From Bacillota bacterium (GTDB lineage Bacteria > Bacillota > Clostridia > Christensenellales > Aristaeellaceae), in assembly GCA_023404345.1 (NCBI GenBank), contig JAEYCB010000025.1, forward strand, positions 16,221 through 80,220: a stretch of 64,000 nt of DNA, written 5' to 3'. Position numbers and translations under genes: made by a program. How positions within the stretch are numbered: the first letter of the stretch is position 1; every line of letters begins with the position of its first letter. Of this stretch, positions 55,485-64,000 are shown piece by piece. A model generated the notes under the pieces. The model was given only the letters and a program-made list of their open reading frames with translations. It did no database searches and had not been told where the DNA came from.

Positions 55485-57293
55485 ATGAAGGCTTGGTCGA
55501 AAAGTGCCGTAGTTGCGGCGGGCCTTGGCTACATGCTGCTCACAGCGGCACTGTTTTTGTCCTCGCCGTGGATTCGGCCCGTTCCATCTACGGGGGTCTT
55601 TCTGGCGGTGTTCTCCGCTGCTGTGCTATGGGCATGTACACGCCTCAAGGTATATGGATGGCTGCGTGGGCGTTCGCTGGTTGCTCTGCTGGCAGTGGCG
55701 CTATATGCGTCATTCGCTTCCTTCGGTTACCGGTTGTTTCTCTCTGGTGAGCGTATGCAGTTCAGTGCCGGCCGCATCGGTGTATTTCTGTTAGGCACCG
55801 CCTGGTTTGTGCCGGTGCTGCTGGCCTTGCTTGGGATGCTGGAGCGTACCTGCACGCACATGGCAGCGCGTCAGGAACTGTCTGGCCGTGCCTTACGGCG
55901 TGCCTTTGGATGGCTCTGGGCCGTGGCGATGACCTGTCAGGCCGTAGTGGTAGCCAGTTTCTGGCCAGGCGGTTTTCCACTTGACGCTATTCTCCAGCTC
56001 TATCAGGCGTTTGGGTTGGAACCACTTAACGATTGGCATCCCGTGATGCATACGCTGCTGCATCGCTTCTTTTTGTTGTTCTTCGACCATCCGGGGTATC
56101 TGGTTGCAGTGCAGGGCTTTTTCTTCTCGCTGATCGTAGCGCGGGCCGCGCTCACTGCCTGCCGTTTCGGCGCCCGGCTGCGCACAGTGGCCCTGGGCGT
56201 GGCAGCGTTCTGTCTTCTGCCCAATCAGGTGCTTAGCAACATCGCTCTGCTCAAGGACTTTCCCTTCACCTATGCGCTGGTGTGGGGCACGCTTCTGCTG
56301 ACCGAGCTTGCGCAGAGCCCGGACAGATTACGGCGGCCGGGCTTTATCATTCAGATAGTACTATGCATGTTCCTGGTGGGCGGCCTCAGGCACAACGGCA
56401 TTCTGCCGATGCTCTTCATGGCGGTGGCGCTGGTCGCGGTGGGTGTGCGCCACCGGCGGCTCATCTGCCGGGCGGCAGCGTGCGCGCTGGTGCCCATGCT
56501 GCTGTTGGCGGGACTCAAAGGGCCCATTTACCGGCTGCTTAAGGTAGAACCCAATACGGTGCCCAGCTATGTAACCATGCTTTGTGCCGCAGGGGCCTGC
56601 CTGCACCAAGGTGAAACGCTGTCTGAAGCAAGCGAAGAAAAGTTGGAAACCATACTTTCCCTTGAAGATTGGGCAAGCGGATATAGCCGTTTTGCCGGGC
56701 ATGATCTTTACCGTGATCTTGAACCGTCTTTTATGGAGCGCACGCGTCTTTCACTAACCGAGGTCTTTTCCGTCTACTTGGAGGCTTTGGCCAAGTATCC
56801 TGACATTGTTATCAAAGACCGGCTGGACGGCATGAACCTGCTGTGGGATGTAACGCAGCCAGATGAAAGCTTTAACACTGATTATTCAGATCACGCCTTC
56901 ATCGAATCCGATGTCGGGCTGGTAGTACCGGGTGCGCAGGAGGGAGAGGCTTACCGCAATCCGTCTCTGATCGCGCGGACGTACCGCTGGATCAGTTCCT
57001 TTCCTTTCCCTGGCGAGCCGTTAACTGGCCAACTGCACAACATGCTTTTGTGGCGCTCCGGCGCATGGCTAATTTTACTGTGCGTGCTAATGCTCTACTG
57101 GCTGAGGCGGCGCTTGAGCGGCCTTTGGCTGTGCGCAGCCCCCCTGCTGGGCAACTTGCTGGCCATGGTGCTTGCGTTGTGTCACCAGAGCTTCCGCTAT
57201 GTATATTTTGTGCAACCGCTGACGCTGTGTCTTGTGCTGATAACTGTGCTGTTTGACGCACGGCGGCGTAAAATTGCCTGTACCCACACTTAA
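55485..57293 (+). CDS. Large polytopic membrane protein of unknown function (GT-C-like topology possible)
   Basis: 602 aa with at least 12 hydrophobic helices plus a soluble loop of about 130 aa. AAGGAGGAA SD before ATG 55485. Confidence 0.45.
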   Translation: MKAWSKSAVVAAGLGYMLLTAALFLSSPWIRPVPSTGVFLAVFSAAVLWACTRLKVYGWLRGRSLVALLAVALYASFASFGYRLFLSGERMQFSAGRIGVFLLGTAWFVPVLLALLGMLERTCTHMAARQELSGRALRRAFGWLWAVAMTCQAVVVASFWPGGFPLDAILQLYQAFGLEPLNDWHPVMHTLLHRFFLLFFDHPGYLVAVQGFFFSLIVARAALTACRFGARLRTVALGVAAFCLLPNQVLSNIALLKDFPFTYALVWGTLLLTELAQSPDRLRRPGFIIQIVLCMFLVGGLRHNGILPMLFMAVALVAVGVRHRRLICRAAACALVPMLLLAGLKGPIYRLLKVEPNTVPSYVTMLCAAGACLHQGETLSEASEEKLETILSLEDWASGYSRFAGHDLYRDLEPSFMERTRLSLTEVFSVYLEALAKYPDIVIKDRLDGMNLLWDVTQPDESFNTDYSDHAFIESDVGLVVPGAQEGEAYRNPSLIARTYRWISSFPFPGEPLTGQLHNMLLWRSGAWLILLCVLMLYWLRRRLSGLWLCAAPLLGNLLAMVLALCHQSFRYVYFVQPLTLCLVLITVLFDARRRKIACTHT

Positions 57294-57299
57294 TGTTTT

Positions 57300-57345
57300 A
57301 AAGAGCCCTCGCCCGGCATTGCGCCGTGCGAGGGCTCTTTGCGTA
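57300..57345. terminator. Bidirectional hairpin terminator
   Basis: AAGAGCCCTCGC-N15-GCGAGGGCTCTT, flanked by TTTTAA on the left and TGCG on the right. Confidence 0.7.
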
Positions 57346-57354
57346 AAATGTTCT

Positions 57355-58629
57355 TTAGCGGGTCATGATCTGCAGAATTTTTCGGTCAGTTTCCCGCATG
57401 CCGTCACGGCCCAGCTCACCCACATTGCGAATCGTGTTCTCAATACCCTTGGACAGGATACCGTCACCGCCATAAAATTGATGGCCTTTGCGATACATTT
57501 CAAAGCCCAATATGCCCGCATCCACCGCGGAGGCAATCTTGGCAGCACAGGAAGGCTTGGCACCGTCGCACACAATGCCACTAACGATGGCCAGGGCGTT
57601 GACAATGGTGTGGGCCACCGTTTTGTAATCCCCCGTAAGCAGATAGGCGATTCCCGCGCCCGCGCCGCTCCCCGCTGTCACTGCACCGCAGTAGGCCGAG
57701 AGTTTTCCAATGGCCGTTTTCTGATGGATGGCGCACAGGTTGGCCACGGCTAGCGCGCGATAGAGTTCTTCCCGGCTCTTGCCGTATTCGCGGGCGTACT
57801 CTACCACAGGCAAAGACACCGTAAGCCCCTGATTGCCGCTGCCGGAGTTGATAACCACGGGCATCTCGCAGCCGCTCATGCGCGCATCGCTTCCAGCGGC
57901 GGCCCAGGCGCGGGCGCGCACGCGCACGTCGCTGCCGTAGGTGTCCAGGAGCACATTGCCAATGTCCGCCCCCCAGCCGCTTTTAAGCCCCTCAGCTGCA
58001 ATGGCAGTGTTGCACTCGATCTGCCGGTCCAGCACATCGCGCACATCGTCCGGGACGAGGCAATCTGCAAAGGCACAAATATCTTCCACTGTTAAAAGCG
58101 CATAGTCCACTGTCGGCTCAGCGCTTTCCACGCTACCATCTTCGCTGAAAAGAGTATCCCCATCCACACGGATGCTGACGATATGCGTGTGGCTTTGGCT
58201 GATGCGCACGCTGGCCTCATGCTCTCCATTCCACACGGTCACGATCATGTCCAGCAGAACCCCTCTTTCCAGCGGCACCACATCAATGGGTGTTTCTGCA
58301 GCAAAGTGTTCAATGGCCATGATCTGATCCGGAGTGACATTTCCCAGCACTTCCAGGCCAGCTCCCTCGTCACCCGCGACAATGCCGGCGGCCACCGCCG
58401 CACGGATGCCCTTCTGGCCTCCGGTGTTAGGCACGGTGACGCTTTTGACATTTTTGATAATGTTTCCGCTGACCTCCGCGCGCACACGGTCCGGCATATG
58501 GCCCAAAGCGTGCCGCGCCTTGGCCGCGCAGTAAGCCAGGGCAATGGGTTCGGTGCAGCCGGTGGCCGGTACCAGTTCCTCCCGCAGGATGGCGCAATAG
58601 GCCTGATAAAGGGCGTCGTTTCGCTCCAT
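57355..58629 (-). CDS. UPF0597 / serine-dehydratase-alpha-like protein (L-cysteine desulfidase family candidate)
   Basis: MERNDALYQAYCAILREELVPATGCTEPIALAYCAAKA is the characteristic N-terminus. 424 aa. GGAGGCAAAAACC SD region. Confidence 0.7.
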   Translation of the reverse strand: MERNDALYQAYCAILREELVPATGCTEPIALAYCAAKARHALGHMPDRVRAEVSGNIIKNVKSVTVPNTGGQKGIRAAVAAGIVAGDEGAGLEVLGNVTPDQIMAIEHFAAETPIDVVPLERGVLLDMIVTVWNGEHEASVRISQSHTHIVSIRVDGDTLFSEDGSVESAEPTVDYALLTVEDICAFADCLVPDDVRDVLDRQIECNTAIAAEGLKSGWGADIGNVLLDTYGSDVRVRARAWAAAGSDARMSGCEMPVVINSGSGNQGLTVSLPVVEYAREYGKSREELYRALAVANLCAIHQKTAIGKLSAYCGAVTAGSGAGAGIAYLLTGDYKTVAHTIVNALAIVSGIVCDGAKPSCAAKIASAVDAGILGFEMYRKGHQFYGGDGILSKGIENTIRNVGELGRDGMRETDRKILQIMTR

Positions 58630-58794
58630 GGTTTTTGCCTCCTGTTGTAGGATGTTGTAAAAACAGCATATCATAAATCGTCGTGTTTGTACAACCAAAA
58701 TTCATGATTTTGAAATATTTATGTATGTTCGTTTAGATACTGCGGCGTTTTTTCTATCACATATTATAAAAACGATAAATTTTTTTATAATGTA

Positions 58795-58822
58795 TTGACA
58801 AATCAACCGGATGATCTATAAT
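58795..58822 (+). promoter_or_regulatory. Promoter TTGACA-16-TATAAT for the GntR-headed operon
   Basis: TTGACA at 58795-58800 and TATAAT at 58817-58822. Confidence 0.55.
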
Positions 58823-58858
58823 CATATTACTGATAATATCAAACAAGGATAAGGGCAT

Positions 58859-59506
58859 ATGAATAATAGCAAGCCTCTGACCAATCTGATCCATGAGCAA
58901 ATTTACCGGGATGTCATAGACGGCACCTTTTCGTCAAACGACACGCTGACGGAAAGCGCCCTGATTCAACGCTACGGCGTAAGCAAATCACCTGTGCGGG
59001 AAGCGCTCATTTCGCTGTGCGACGAGCGCGTGCTGCAAAGCATCCCCCGCAAGGGGTACCGCATCGTGCAATTTACGCTTGAGGAAGTGCGCCAGATAAC
59101 CGAAACCCGTCAGGCGCTGGAGCTGTTTATGTTTGACAAGGCCTATCCCAGCATGGGCGAGCGGGAGCTGAACCTGCTTCTGGAATGCAATGAACGCATC
59201 CGCGCGGAGGATAGCCCCGAGGTGCCGGCAACCCGGCGCTGGGAAATCAACACGGGTTTCCATCTGCTGCTGGCTTCCTTCGCCGAAAACGACTATATGC
59301 TGAGCCTGCTCAAAAGCACGCTGCGCATCAACGCCCGCGCCGCCACGCGCTACTACGAAAGCATCTATTCCCCGGAGCTGGAGGAGAAAAAGCGCACGCA
59401 TGAACGTTTTATTCAGGCATGTAAGGAGCGCGATTACCTATCCGCCCGCAGCATCCTGATGGACGATACCAATCAATTCTTCTGGTGGGAGGTACGACAC
59501 AGATGA
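58859..59506 (+). CDS. GntR-family regulator (FadR/FCD subfamily)
   Basis: ESALIQRYGVSKSPVREALISL wHTH plus a helical FCD-like C-terminal domain. Confidence 0.85.
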   Translation: MNNSKPLTNLIHEQIYRDVIDGTFSSNDTLTESALIQRYGVSKSPVREALISLCDERVLQSIPRKGYRIVQFTLEEVRQITETRQALELFMFDKAYPSMGERELNLLLECNERIRAEDSPEVPATRRWEINTGFHLLLASFAENDYMLSLLKSTLRINARAATRYYESIYSPELEEKKRTHERFIQACKERDYLSARSILMDDTNQFFWWEVRHR

Positions 59507-60459
59507 ACCAGCGCGAAAGAGTGTTGGCTGCTATCAAGGGACAGCCGGTAGACCACGTTCCCTCGCTCTTCTCTCTTCACTTTCCCAAGGAAGTTTCCGC
59601 GGGCGAAGCCGCCGTGGAGGCCCACATCTCCTTCTACAAGCAAACCGGTGTGGACGTGATCAAAATCATGAACGAAAACCTTGAGCCCGCCATCGGAACG
59701 CTCGGTTCCGTTCAGGACTGGGACAAGGTGCTCGCCTACGGCCTGGACGCCCCCTTCCTGACCCGGCAGATCGACCTGATCCGCCGCATTCTGGATCGCG
59801 CGGGCGAGGGCGTCTACTCCCTGGCGACCATTCATGGCGTGTGCGCCTCCACCATTCATCCCATCGAGGCCGCGCACGGCTATGTGGAATCGCGCCGGTT
59901 GATGTGCGAAAGCCTGCGCAGCGACCGTCAGCGCATGCTGGATGTACACCGCCGCGTAACCGATACCATGTGCCAGCTGGCGCAGGCCTGCATCCGGGCC
60001 GGAGCCGACGGCATCTATTACGCCGCGCTGGGCGGAGAAAAGCATTTTTATACCGACGAGGAATTTGAAACCTGCATCCGTCCCTTTGACCTGCAAATCA
60101 TGCAGGCGGCGCGCGAGGCGGGCGGTCATGTGTTCCTGCACATTTGCAAGGAAAACCTGAACATGGAGCGGTATCGCGGCTATGACCAGTGGGCCGACGT
60201 GGTCAACTGGGGCGTGTATGAAACCGACTACAGCCTGGAAGATGGCCGCAAGTTGTTCCCCGAAAGCGCCATTCTGGGCGGACTGGCCAACCGCAGCGGC
60301 GTGCTGGCCGAGGGCCCGGAAGACGCCATCGCCAGGGAAGTGCGCGCCCTCGTGCAGCAATTTGGCACTCGCCGTTTCATTCTGGGCGCGGATTGTACGC
60401 TGCCTACGGACATACCTTATTCCAGAATAGCTGCCGCGGTGCAAGCGGCTGTTATATAA
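59503..60459 (+). CDS. URO-D-family protein (MtaA/CmuA-like methyltransferase candidate), copy 1
   Basis: 318 aa. N-terminal MNQRERVLAAIKGQPVDHVPSLF is typical of the URO-D fold. LHIC and GADC motifs are present. The ATG overlaps the GntR stop (ATGA). Confidence 0.7.
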   Translation: MNQRERVLAAIKGQPVDHVPSLFSLHFPKEVSAGEAAVEAHISFYKQTGVDVIKIMNENLEPAIGTLGSVQDWDKVLAYGLDAPFLTRQIDLIRRILDRAGEGVYSLATIHGVCASTIHPIEAAHGYVESRRLMCESLRSDRQRMLDVHRRVTDTMCQLAQACIRAGADGIYYAALGGEKHFYTDEEFETCIRPFDLQIMQAAREAGGHVFLHICKENLNMERYRGYDQWADVVNWGVYETDYSLEDGRKLFPESAILGGLANRSGVLAEGPEDAIAREVRALVQQFGTRRFILGADCTLPTDIPYSRIAAAVQAAVI

Positions 60460-60479
60460 ACCAAAAAGGAGGATTTCCC

Positions 60480-61817
60480 ATGAAACGTATCCTGTCTGTT
60501 GCGATGGTGCTGGCCATGCTGCTGTGTACGCTTGTGCTGCCTGCTCTGGCCGAGACCAAAACCTATCCCGACGGTGTGCTCCAGTGGTGGTCCACGGGCC
60601 AGCCGGAGTTTCGCAAGCAGTATTTTGACACCTGGCTGGAAGCGCACCGCGATATCGCGCCTGGCGTCAGCATCGAGGCGACCGCCATTTCCACCACCAA
60701 CGACGGCCAGCAGAAAATCGCCATGTACAACCTCGCGGGCGACTATGAGGCCATGCCCGAAATCCTGTTCCTGGACACCGTCGGCGTTGTCAACATGGCC
60801 ATGAACGACCTGCTGCTCGACGTTACGGATTACTATACCCCCATTGCCGACCAGTTCGTGGACGGCGCGGCGGCTGACGCCACCATCAACGGCGTGATCT
60901 ACGCCCTGCCCGACGCCGTGCGCCCCCAGATGCTGTTCTACAATGCGGCAATTTTCGAGGAGTACGACGTTGACCCCGCCATGATGTCCACCTTCGACGG
61001 CTACCTGGAGGCCGGCCGTCTGCTCAAGGAGCGCAGCAACGGCGAGGTCTACCTCTCCTATGTTGACCCCTCCACCTACACCTGGCGCTACTGGGGCCGC
61101 CGCGGCCTGATGCCGCAGGCCGGCGCCCGTATCTGGGACGACGAGGGCAATGTGGTCATCGGCGAGGACCCCGGTACCAAGCTGGCCCTGGGCTTCTTCG
61201 ACCAGCTGTGCTCCGAGGGCCTGCTCTACAAGACCAACATGATGCAGCAGCCCCTCTACGAAGCCACCGACGAAGGCAAGATCGCCACGTTCTACATCGG
61301 CGCGTTCTGGGATGAATTCATGCGCGGCAACCTGACCAAGACCGTGGGCGACTGGCGCGTCATGCCGCCTCCCGTCTTTGAGGAAGTCGGCACTTCGGGC
61401 GCTCCCGTGAGCACCTATTTCTGCCTGGTGGATACCCATGACGACACCTACACCGACCTGATTCTGCAAATGTGGTACGATTTCGCCACCGACGGCGAAG
61501 CCTACAAGACCTGGGTCAACAAGATGACCGAGATCAACGGCCCCTACAACAACCCCATCTCCAAGGAGATGCTCACCGACCCGTTCTGGCAGGAGCCTTC
61601 CGACTTCTACGGCGGCCAGTCTTTCCGCAAGGCGGAGAGCGACGCTCTGGCCAACCCCTCTGCCAACATGGTCGTAACCCCCAGCGATGCTGAGGCGGAC
61701 GAGATCATCAGCGCGGAGATTGAAAAGTATGTCGCCGGCGAGCAGACCATGGACGAGGCCATCGCCAACATGGACCGCGAGCTTAAGACCCGCATCGGTC
61801 AGGCGCAAATGCCCTGA
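60480..61817 (+). CDS. ABC transporter extracellular solute-binding protein (family 1)
   Basis: Signal peptide MKRILSVAMVLAMLLCTLVLPALA. 445 aa. AAGGAGGA SD. Confidence 0.8.
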   Translation: MKRILSVAMVLAMLLCTLVLPALAETKTYPDGVLQWWSTGQPEFRKQYFDTWLEAHRDIAPGVSIEATAISTTNDGQQKIAMYNLAGDYEAMPEILFLDTVGVVNMAMNDLLLDVTDYYTPIADQFVDGAAADATINGVIYALPDAVRPQMLFYNAAIFEEYDVDPAMMSTFDGYLEAGRLLKERSNGEVYLSYVDPSTYTWRYWGRRGLMPQAGARIWDDEGNVVIGEDPGTKLALGFFDQLCSEGLLYKTNMMQQPLYEATDEGKIATFYIGAFWDEFMRGNLTKTVGDWRVMPPPVFEEVGTSGAPVSTYFCLVDTHDDTYTDLILQMWYDFATDGEAYKTWVNKMTEINGPYNNPISKEMLTDPFWQEPSDFYGGQSFRKAESDALANPSANMVVTPSDAEADEIISAEIEKYVAGEQTMDEAIANMDRELKTRIGQAQMP

Positions 61818-61828
61818 ACCATGAACAT

Positions 61829-61864
61829 GCGGCATGGAGAGCGGCGCGCCGCTCTCCATGCCGC
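61829..61864. repeat. Perfect 36-bp GC-rich palindrome (18-bp arms) in the SBP/URO-D intergenic spacer
   Basis: GCGGCATGGAGAGCGGCG|CGCCGCTCTCCATGCCGC, read directly. No adjacent U tract. Confidence 0.9.
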
Positions 61865-61899
61865 CGCGCATGCATGATAAAGAAAGGAACGAATGGAGT

Positions 61900-62886
61900 A
61901 TGAACAAAAAAGAACGCCTGATGGCGGTTTTGAACCACCAAAAGCCCGATCGTATCCCGGTGGGATTCTGGTTTCATTTTGAGGGCGAGCAGGCCAGGGG
62001 CGATGCCTGCGTGCAGGCGCATGTGAATTACTACCGTGAATCGGGCATTGACTTCATTAAAATCATGTCCGATGAACTGGGCTATCCCCTGCGCACAACC
62101 ATCAGCTGTGCAGCCGACTGGCGCAACGTGGAACCGCTTCCCAAGGACGATCCCTTCTTTGAAAAGACGGTGGAACGCTGCGCCGCCATCAACGCCATCG
62201 TGGGCGATGAGTGCTATACGTTCTATAATTTCTTTTCGCCTTTCAACATTGTGCGTGCGTGCGACGTGTTCACCCCCGAAGCGCTTCAGGGCCGCAGTTG
62301 GGACGAAACCGTCATGGCGCACCTGCGCGAAGATCCCGACGCCCTGCGCCACGCTCTCAACGTCATCGCGGGCGACCTAGCCATTCTGGCGGAGCGGGTC
62401 ATCCGCGAAGGCGGCTGCCTGGGCATCTATCAGAGCCTTCAGGGCGCCGAAAAGGGCCGCATGAGCCGCGAGGAATATGACAGCGTGGTCAAGCCGTCCG
62501 ACATGATCGTGATCAACGCCTTCAACGCTGTCAGCTCCTACAACATTCTGCACATGTGTTCGTGGGCCGGTTTCCCCAACGATCTTGGGTACTGGAAGGA
62601 TTATCCCTGCCGGGTGAAAAACTGGGGCACGGGCGTGGAAGAGCTGTCCATCTGGGACGGCATCTCCTATTTCGGTTCCGATACGGTGCTCTTGGGCGGC
62701 CTGGACAACCGCCGGGATTATCCTCTCTACTGCGGCAATAAGGAACAGGTTCAGCAGGAGGTGCGCAACGTGCTTGCGCACATGGGGGATACGCCCTTCA
62801 TCCTGGGGGCCGACTGCACGGTTCCCAACACCATTGATCTGGATCATATCCGCTGGGTCATCGAGGCCCTTGAGGCCGGGCTTTGA
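61900..62886 (+). CDS. URO-D-family protein (MtaA/CmuA-like methyltransferase candidate), copy 2
   Basis: 328 aa. MNKKERLMAVLNHQKPDRIPVGFWF N-terminus, with LHMC and GADC motifs. Paralogous to 59503-60459. Confidence 0.7.
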   Translation: MNKKERLMAVLNHQKPDRIPVGFWFHFEGEQARGDACVQAHVNYYRESGIDFIKIMSDELGYPLRTTISCAADWRNVEPLPKDDPFFEKTVERCAAINAIVGDECYTFYNFFSPFNIVRACDVFTPEALQGRSWDETVMAHLREDPDALRHALNVIAGDLAILAERVIREGGCLGIYQSLQGAEKGRMSREEYDSVVKPSDMIVINAFNAVSSYNILHMCSWAGFPNDLGYWKDYPCRVKNWGTGVEELSIWDGISYFGSDTVLLGGLDNRRDYPLYCGNKEQVQQEVRNVLAHMGDTPFILGADCTVPNTIDLDHIRWVIEALEAGL

Positions 62887-62951
62887 CCGCTGACCTTGCC
62901 CGCGCGTGCCGCTGACGGCGGCCGCGCGGGTACCAGAAGGGGGGTTGCCGT

Positions 62952-63824
62952 ATGAAACAAAGGTTCTGGAAGCGCCATGGCTTCGCCTATCTTGCCATCA
63001 GCCCTTTTTTTATTCAGTTTCTGATCTTCCAGCTCGTACCTACCATAGCCACATTCTACTACAGCTTTACCAACTGGAACGGCATGAAGGAACCTCGCTG
63101 GATTGGCTGGAGCAACTATGCGATGATGCTGGAGGATTACCAGTTTATCGACAGCCTGCGCAACACCGCCCTGTACTGGGTGGTAGGCGTCATGGGAGTA
63201 CTGTGCCTATCGCTGATGATCGCTTCGCTGCTCAACAGCCAGGCGCTCCGGTTCAAAAGCTTTTTCAAAACCGTCACCTTTTTGCCCTATGTATGCGCCT
63301 CCATGGCCATGGGTTTGATCTTCGGCATGCTGTTTGATGAAAATGCCGGCCTGATCAATGCCATCATCGAATCCTTCGGCGGCCAGGCGCTTCCGTGGCT
63401 GACCAGCAGCAAGCTGGCGCGCATTCCCGTACATATTCTCTTCATCTGGCGCACCATTCCCTGGTATACGCTGATTTTCCTGTCCGGCCTGCTGAATATT
63501 CCCACGGAATACTATGAGGCCGCCACTGTGGACGGGGCCTCGGGCGCGCAAAAATTCTTCCGCATCACGCTGCCGCAGCTGAGCAATATCTCGTTTTTCT
63601 GCTTTGTAACCATCACCGTGGACGCCTGGAAAATCTTCAACGAGCCTTATACCCTGGCCGGTCCGGGCTCCTCCAATACCTCGCTGTTCCAGCTGATGTA
63701 TACCAACGCCTTTAAGATTTTCAAAATGGGCTACGCCTCGGCGCTGGGCGTGGTGCTGATCCTGGTGCTGCTGATCATCTCCCTGATCCAGTTCAGGGTG
63801 CGGCGGGCCCAGGGCGAAATATAA
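62952..63824 (+). CDS. Sugar ABC transporter permease (MalF-type)
   Basis: 290 aa with EAA loop YEAATVDGASGAQKFFRITLP. Confidence 0.85.
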   Translation: MKQRFWKRHGFAYLAISPFFIQFLIFQLVPTIATFYYSFTNWNGMKEPRWIGWSNYAMMLEDYQFIDSLRNTALYWVVGVMGVLCLSLMIASLLNSQALRFKSFFKTVTFLPYVCASMAMGLIFGMLFDENAGLINAIIESFGGQALPWLTSSKLARIPVHILFIWRTIPWYTLIFLSGLLNIPTEYYEAATVDGASGAQKFFRITLPQLSNISFFCFVTITVDAWKIFNEPYTLAGPGSSNTSLFQLMYTNAFKIFKMGYASALGVVLILVLLIISLIQFRVRRAQGEI

Positions 63825-63842
63825 GGCAAGGAGGGACCGCGC

Positions 63843-64000
63843 ATGAGTTATCGCACCAAGAAAAATCTCTGGAAGCTGCTGGTCTACCTGCTGATGGCCG
63901 TAATCGTCGTGATTTGCCTGTTTCCCGTCGTATGGTCGTGCATCATTTCCATCAAGAGCGTAGGCGAAAAAGTGTCCGGTTTCAGCGCGCTGACCATCAG
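63843..64000 (+). CDS. Sugar ABC transporter permease (MalG-type), 5' part only (runs off the window)
   Basis: ATG 63843 after an AAGGAGGGA SD. It translates MSYRTKKNLWKLLVYLLMAVIVVICLFPVVWSCIISIKS..., the typical N-terminus of the second permease. It is absent from the ORF track because no stop lies in the window. Confidence 0.7.
   Translation, partial: MSYRTKKNLWKLLVYLLMAVIVVICLFPVVWSCIISIKSVGEKVSGFSALTI

Noticed and set aside
60417-61907. 496-aa ORF antisense to the second SBP gene
   Set aside because: It is antisense to an SBP with a signal peptide, and has no motifs of its own.

Overview
By eye this is a GC-rich chromosomal segment from a Firmicutes/Clostridia-type organism. Supporting signs are Gram-positive SD sites, a T-box leader, a Bacillus-type PurR with a PurBox, and an (S/P)PXTG sorting signal. 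Layout: (i) 1-4989 is the right-hand end of an integrative mobilisable element: relaxase tail, CHC2 primase-like protein, VirE, Xis, a truncated AlbA_2/HATPase-type cargo gene, and a tyrosine integrase with an in-frame TAG. (ii) 5.1-27.8 kb is mostly housekeeping: LMW-PTP, SCP2, an exported FMN_bind-FAD reductase, a beta-helix cell-wall protein, pheST with T-box, a cation/H+ antiporter behind a fluoride-riboswitch-like leader, purB/purR, pth-mfd, a GT-C-like membrane protein, RNase P RNA, an Arr-type rifampin ADP-ribosyltransferase, and guaA. (iii) 27.8-34.1 kb is a visibly more AT-rich redox patch: DUF2284, a flavodoxin/4Fe-4S protein, a multiply frameshifted TM1586-type nitroreductase, and a divergent unit of apbE-tetR versus an exported nitroreductase-fold protein plus a tandem FMN_bind (PplA-like) protein. 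(iv) 34.5-48.1 kb holds two carbohydrate ABC loci. One is maltodextrin-type with GH13 and LacI. The other has MBL-fold and IMPase-family enzymes and a three-module LacI-PBP1-SBP regulator. (v) 48.6-50.5 kb is an IS1182-type transposase fragment abutting an integrase fragment, next to tRNA-Thr(GGU). (vi) 50.7-64 kb holds a Zn-ribbon/membrane/ABC-exporter operon, a GNAT-mannose-6-P isomerase fusion, a large membrane protein, a UPF0597 (cysteine-desulfidase-like) gene, and a GntR-headed ABC sugar locus with two URO-D/MtaA-family genes. I saw no CRISPR array, rRNA or recognisable defence system. The best candidates for undescribed biology are the ApbE / exported nitroreductase / tandem FMN_bind module, the URO-D pair inside a sugar-uptake operon, and the LacI-PBP1-SBP regulator. 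All family assignments come from motif recognition by eye; none was verified by a database search.
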